From assembly GCF_000372725.1 (NCBI RefSeq), contig NW_005202428.1, positions 1,783,331 to 1,847,330 of the forward strand: a stretch of 64,000 nt of DNA, in the 5' to 3' direction. This document shows positions 58,979 through 64,000 of the stretch, piece by piece; position 1 is the first letter of the stretch, and each line of letters begins with the position of its first letter. Made by a program: the position numbers and the translations under genes. The DNA is from Emiliania huxleyi CCMP1516. Its lineage: Eukaryota. The notes beneath the pieces are model-generated. The model saw only the letters and a list, made by a program, of their open reading frames with translations, was not told where the DNA came from and searched no databases.

Positions 58979-60601
58979 ATGCGCCTGCGCCATGCTCGCC
59001 GGCTTCATCTCGCCACCGCCTTCCCAGAGTGGCGGCCTCTCGACTTCTTCCACCACGAAATCCTCCACGCCTCACGCAAGGAGGGCTCGCGGGCGCGCGT
59101 CGGCCGGCTACACACGCCGCACGGCACCGTGGAGACGCCCGGCTTTGTCGTCGTTGGAACCAACGGTGCGGTGAAGTTCGTCGACCATCATGCCGCCGAT
59201 GCAGCCGGCATGGAGCTGATGTTTAGCAACACCCTCCACCTAGAGGTGCACCCGGGCCCCGCCGCGGTTGAGGCGGCGGGCGGGCTGCACAAGTTTATCG
59301 GCCGTGAGTCGCGCCCGCTCATCACAGACAGCGGCGGCTTCCAAATCTTCTCATTCGCGCACAGAGGGCAGCGGGCAATGCCGGGCGCTGAGGAGGCGAA
59401 GGAGGACGGCGAGGACGGCGGCGCCTCGCTCAAGTCGTCGCGTCCATTCCCTGCGCGCCACAAGTACGAGGTCGCCGCGGCGAGCAGCAGGGACGGCCCT
59501 CCGCCGCCTCCACGCGTGCGCGTGAGCGAGGACGGCGCGTGATCCCCGCACCGCCACCCACGCCGCCGCCTTCCTCGCCACCCACGCCTCCCACGCCGCT
59601 GCCGCCTCTGGCCGCCACCCCTGCTGCCGCCGCCTCCCCAGGCGCCAGCTTCCGCTCGTACCGCGACGGCCGGATGCTGCACCTGTCGCCAGAGTCGACG
59701 GTCCGCTCTCAAAAGGCGCTGGGCGCAGACATCATCATTCCGCTCGACGACCTCCCCGGCGCTGCGACCGCCGCGACGTCGCGCTCGAGGCTGGGGCACC
59801 GTCCACGACCCGTCCATGACACGTCCTGTAGGCGCTTCGACCGCCGCGGCGCCGCTCGAGGAGTCCGTGGCGCGAACGCACCGCTGGGAGGCACGCAGCC
59901 TGCGCGAGCATCTGGGCGACGTGCGGCAGCAGGCCACGTCCCCGACACGTCCCCGACACGTCCCCGACACGTCCCCGACATTTGGGCGGCGTGTGGCAGC
60001 AGGCCATGTACGGGGTCATTCACGGCGGCACGGACGAGTGCGCGGCAGCAGGCCGAAGAGCCCGGCAGGGTCCCACGTCACGTCCTCGACCAGAGTGCCA
60101 TGGGGGGCGCGTAGGCGGCTCCGCTCGCTGTCGGTGGCGACACTGGCGCGGTGGCCCTTCGACGGCTTCTGCGTGGGGGGCTCGCTGGGTCGCGACCGGA
60201 GCGAGCTGGCTGCGCTGCTGCGGTACGTGATGCCGCTTCTGCCGCGCGAGCGCCCAAACCACTTGCTCGGCATCGGCGACGTCGAGTCGATCCAGGTGGG
60301 GGTGCGGCTCGGGGTTGACACCTTCGACAGCTGCTGGCCGACGCGGCTCGGGCGGCACGGCACCGCGCTCACGCGCCACGGCAGCCTCAAGGTGGGCCAG
60401 GCGCGCTACCGCGACGACTACGGCCCGCTCGACGCTTCGTGCGATGGCTTCGTCAGCAGACACCACTCCCGCGCCTATCTGCACCACTTGTGGCGCGCAA
60501 AGGAGCCGGCCGTCCACGGGCTCCTCACGCTGCACAACATAAAGTTCATGGCCGACCTGATGGCAGACATGCGCGCGAAGATCTGGCGCGACGAGCTCTA
60601 G
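58979..60601 (+). CDS. tgt: Queuine tRNA-ribosyltransferase (tRNA-guanine transglycosylase), about 5 exons
   Basis: ARVGRLHTPHGTVETPGF, NTLHL, LITDSGGFQIFS, QKALGADIIIPLDD, HLLGIG, GVDTFDSCWPTRLGRHG and RAYLHHL..LTLHN. Confidence 0.95.
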
Positions 60602-61020
60602 TGCTTGCTTCGAGGAGACACTTTCGTCACTCACTCTGGCTGCCGGCGTGCCGCCTTCCTCGAGCGCAGTGACCACACAGTGTCCTCTCGGTTGCTCGGC
60701 AGTTCGGGGAGACACCGCTCACACCGCGGGGTCGCGCTCTCGCGACACCGAAGAGCGAGCGGCACACACAGCAATTACCGTCAGCGGTTTGTTATAGCGG
60801 AGCGTTTTCGCAGAGTACGTGATCGATATCTTGTTGGTTTTCAAAATCTCTCTCTCAAGGGAAGATCACACGCGTCCAGAGCTCCACGAGAGAGAGAGCG
60901 CGAGACAACACGTGTGTTCGTGTGAGGCGCTGAGGTGTGTGCATGGGTGTGTGTGTCGTGTGCTGGTCGTGTGCGAGCTGACACAGAGCTGATACCTGCT
61001 GGATACACCTGCGCGTGACC

Positions 61021-61690
61021 GACTAGGTCCAGCCCTGGGTGGCGCAAGATCTGACGTTCTGTGACAATCGTCAGATCCGTGTTTTTCTCGTTGTTTTGTC
61101 GCTCGCTCCGCTCGCCACCTCACGCTCGGCCGTCCGGCCTGCACGCCTCGCTGCACCGCTGGCTTGACTGAATCAGGCAGCAGCAGGCTGCTGCTGCTGC
61201 CACAGCAGCAGTCTGCGGCCCTATACGCAAGTTAATGACTAGCAGCACTGCCGGGGGCATACGAGCCGCCACAGCCGGTGTGTCCCGTGCACTGCCACCT
61301 GCCCGCGGCTACGCACAATGTGCGCTCGCATTGGATGAGCCCTGCTGATGGACCTGCATCGCCTAGCTGCACGAGAGCAATGCCGCAGGCAGTGGCCGTG
61401 GCATACACTGCGAGCACACTTGGTGCAGCTGCGAGGTGCAGCAAGAGCACGTCGTTCCTGCCTCTGATGCCACTCTCGCGGCTTGCAGCGCGTCACTCGC
61501 GCATGCTCTCCAGGAGCTATGGCGGGCGCGTGTGTGGGGCTGTAGCCTGTGTTTGGCCGGTTCTGACCCGTTTACTATCAGTATCATGTCCGGGCCACAA
61601 AAAATGGCACACGGGTAGCGGCTCAGGGGCCCAGTAAGTCGCGGAATCGCCAAATGTCACAACCTGCGCCACCCAGGGCTGGACCTAGTC
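61021..61690. mobile_element. 670-bp MITE-like element with ~38-bp TIRs and a 4-bp target duplication
   Basis: Left end GACTAGGTCCAGCCCTGGGTGGCGCA; right end TGCGCCACCCAGGGCTGGACCTAGTC. GACC lies at 61017-61020 and 61691-61694. Confidence 0.85.
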
Positions 61691-62038
61691 GACCGGTGGG
61701 ACCGGTATTGCTCTCACCGTCCTGGCCGAGGGTATTTTATATCGCGATTTTTTTCGAGGTCAGACCCATTCATGCCTGCACCTGGCACCACTGTGGACGG
61801 TCCGTCCGACGTCGGGTAACCGTCGCCGCCGCCCTCGCCGCGACTCAAGGTGCGCGCTGCGTGACCGCCGTGAGCTGCCCTCCCGACCCATGTAAAAAAA
61901 TCCGCCATCTCCCCTCTCAGTGAGCCGGGAGAGCGCTCCGGGCACCTCCGGGCAGCCGTCTCCCCGCCACGAAAGCTCTGCCGAGAGCGCCGTTCCCATG
62001 GGCGGCGTTCCCGAACCATTCGTAGGCGCCGCGCGGCA

Positions 62039-62866
62039 TTGCCAATGCTCCATCGACGCGGTGCAGGCGGCCCCAAGCCAAAGGGGTGGACACGTGCCGC
62101 CAAGAACGCCTTCCTAATCCACTTTGGTGTGCGCACGGGCGGTACTCCAGTGGACGCCACTGCCGACGGCGCCGCCGCCGAACCGCCCGCCGCCGACCCT
62201 CCCACCGAGGAGGTCGACGGAGCTGCAGACCCAGCGATGCAGTCCGAGGCCGCCGCTCCGGCGGCAGAGGCTGACGTCCCGATGGCGCAAGCGCTGAGCG
62301 ATGCCGAGCTTTCATCAGATCACGAGCACGAGGAGCAGCCGCTGCTCCATGAGCAGCGGCTTGCGACAGTCAACCAGGAGCAGGCACGGCTTGAGGCGCT
62401 GCGTTGGACCGAGGAAGAGGTGGCTTTGTGGGTGAGTTGGGGGGGTGTGAAGGAGGACTTGATCTAGGCTGGAGATTGCACGTGGAGCACTTGGAGGCGC
62501 TAGAAGGAGTTCGAGGAGGAGCGTGCGGGCTACATGGAGGAGACCTCGTGCGACGAGTCCGAGGACGAGGACGAGGACGAGGGCGACGGCGAGGCACCCG
62601 CACCCGCACCCGCACCCGCACCCGCACATGCACATGCACCCGCGCAGCGTGCAGGGAAGCGTAAGGCTGCACCGCCTCGAGCACCGCCGACGCGCCCGCC
62701 AGACAGCAGTGATGACGATGGCCCATCATTGCATGCGCCAGCACCGGCGCGGGCAGGGCGGGGGGCCAAGCCGGCAGCCAAGGGGTCCGCACGGCGCAAG
62801 CCGCCAGCAGCCAAGCCAGCAGCCAAGGCAGTAGCGGCCATGTCGAAGCGTCAGCGACGGAAGTGA
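62039..62866 (+). pseudogene. Decayed low-complexity ORF with two in-frame TAG stops, inside an inverted-repeat-bounded segment
   Basis: ORFs 62039-62467 and 62534-62866 share one frame. GCGATTTTTTTCGAG(G/C)TCAGAC near 61744-61765 is inverted near 63214-63235. Confidence 0.4.
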
Positions 62867-62891
62867 TCTGTACACACTGCATGAGTATGAA

Positions 62892-62962
<71 letters not shown>

Positions 62963-64000
62963 CTATTGTACGAGATTTGTACATTGCGCTCTAGACGGGG
63001 GCTCTCGGGCTCTTGGGCAGCAGCTCACAGCCTATTTTTGGTCGGTTTTTGGCGCTAAAAAAATGCAAAATTTTCTTCGCGGGGCTCTGCCCCGCACCCC
63101 GCTGGGGCTGCCAGCCCCAGACCCCAGGCTGGGGCTCCGCCCCAGACCCCGAGTTAGGCGCTGTCGGCGGCCAGAGGCCGAGTTACGTCTGCAGGCAAAA
63201 GTCGCTCGCTGCCGTCTGAGCTCGAAAAAAATCGCCAGGTCATGCAAAATAAATCTGAGAAATATTCGCGGGCGTATCGTCGATGTCCCAAAGTCAGCGT
63301 TGCGGAGTTGCGAGAAGCGATGGGCGCCCCTCTAAACGCCCATAGCGCCACCGCCTCGCTCGCCCGAGCCGCTCCGACTGGAGGGCGCTGCGCTCGCCCG
63401 GCATCGAGCCGGTGCACCACCCGCCCCCAGACGCGGGTCCGGACCCCCCTCGTCGCCAGCGGCAGCCGCTGGCTCGACGACCAGCACCCTCTCGGCCGCC
63501 TCCTTGGCCCGGCCGCCGCTGTCGCGGCTGTCGGGCTCCGCGACAGCCGTCGACCACCGACCAGAGGTAGCTGTGCCGCTATGGATGCGGAGAGTGCAAA
63601 AATGCATACGCGCTTTTGCGACCCCGCAGCATGGTTTGATAAAAGCCACCGTTCTCGAGTCGGCGAACTCACCATTTTATTTTCGAGTTTAGGTCTCGTG
63701 ACGGCTATCTCGACCCTGCGCGCGCGATCTGAAGCTACGAGGCCTGGGTCGGGGCTATGAGTGGGCTACATGCCGCTTGCCGCGGCTCCTAGGTCGACGA
63801 AACGCTCGCGCTTCACCCTCCCCCCCTCTGACGATAGGTCGTCTGCGTCGTGCGCTCACCGGCAAGAATCTAACGGCGGGCGATGGCGGCGCGCGGCGAC
63901 GCTTCTGACTCAATGGAAGGTCGCCCACACACCCACCCTCACCACAACGCCGTAGGCGGGTCGAGGCTGCCCTCCACCCGCTCGCGTTTGCCTCCCCTAC

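Overview
This is GC-rich, intron-containing eukaryotic DNA with two N-gaps (14650-14975, 17820-17919). Short introns with GC or GA donors, 10-11-bp intronic minisatellites and signal-peptide-bearing plastid-type proteins point to a haptophyte alga such as Emiliania/Gephyrocapsa huxleyi (inference). Exon structures were built by eye, so spliced-gene boundaries are approximate. Recognisable genes: a membrane-anchored multicopper oxidase, a cytidylyltransferase-GHMP kinase fusion, a WW-domain protein, a Myb/SANT-tandem Agenet-TQ-rich-tandem BRCT locus, two PhyH-family dioxygenases, a GT47 exostosin-like glycosyltransferase, a frameshifted ankyrin gene, a mitochondrial carrier, a PDI-like ER protein with a calreticulin P-loop insert, a nucleoplasmin-like protein, an M20 amidohydrolase, a Lon-N-domain protein, PTOX and a tRNA-guanine transglycosylase. 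Mobile DNA includes a Copia-derived LTR element whose interior is a signal-peptide/transmembrane ORF, a chromodomain ORF with dispersed flanking motifs, TIR elements and a long foldback hairpin. The most striking pattern is that many 65-73 bp introns, in unrelated genes, carry diverged copies of their own flanking exon sequence. This suggests intron birth by tandem duplication across the splice junction.
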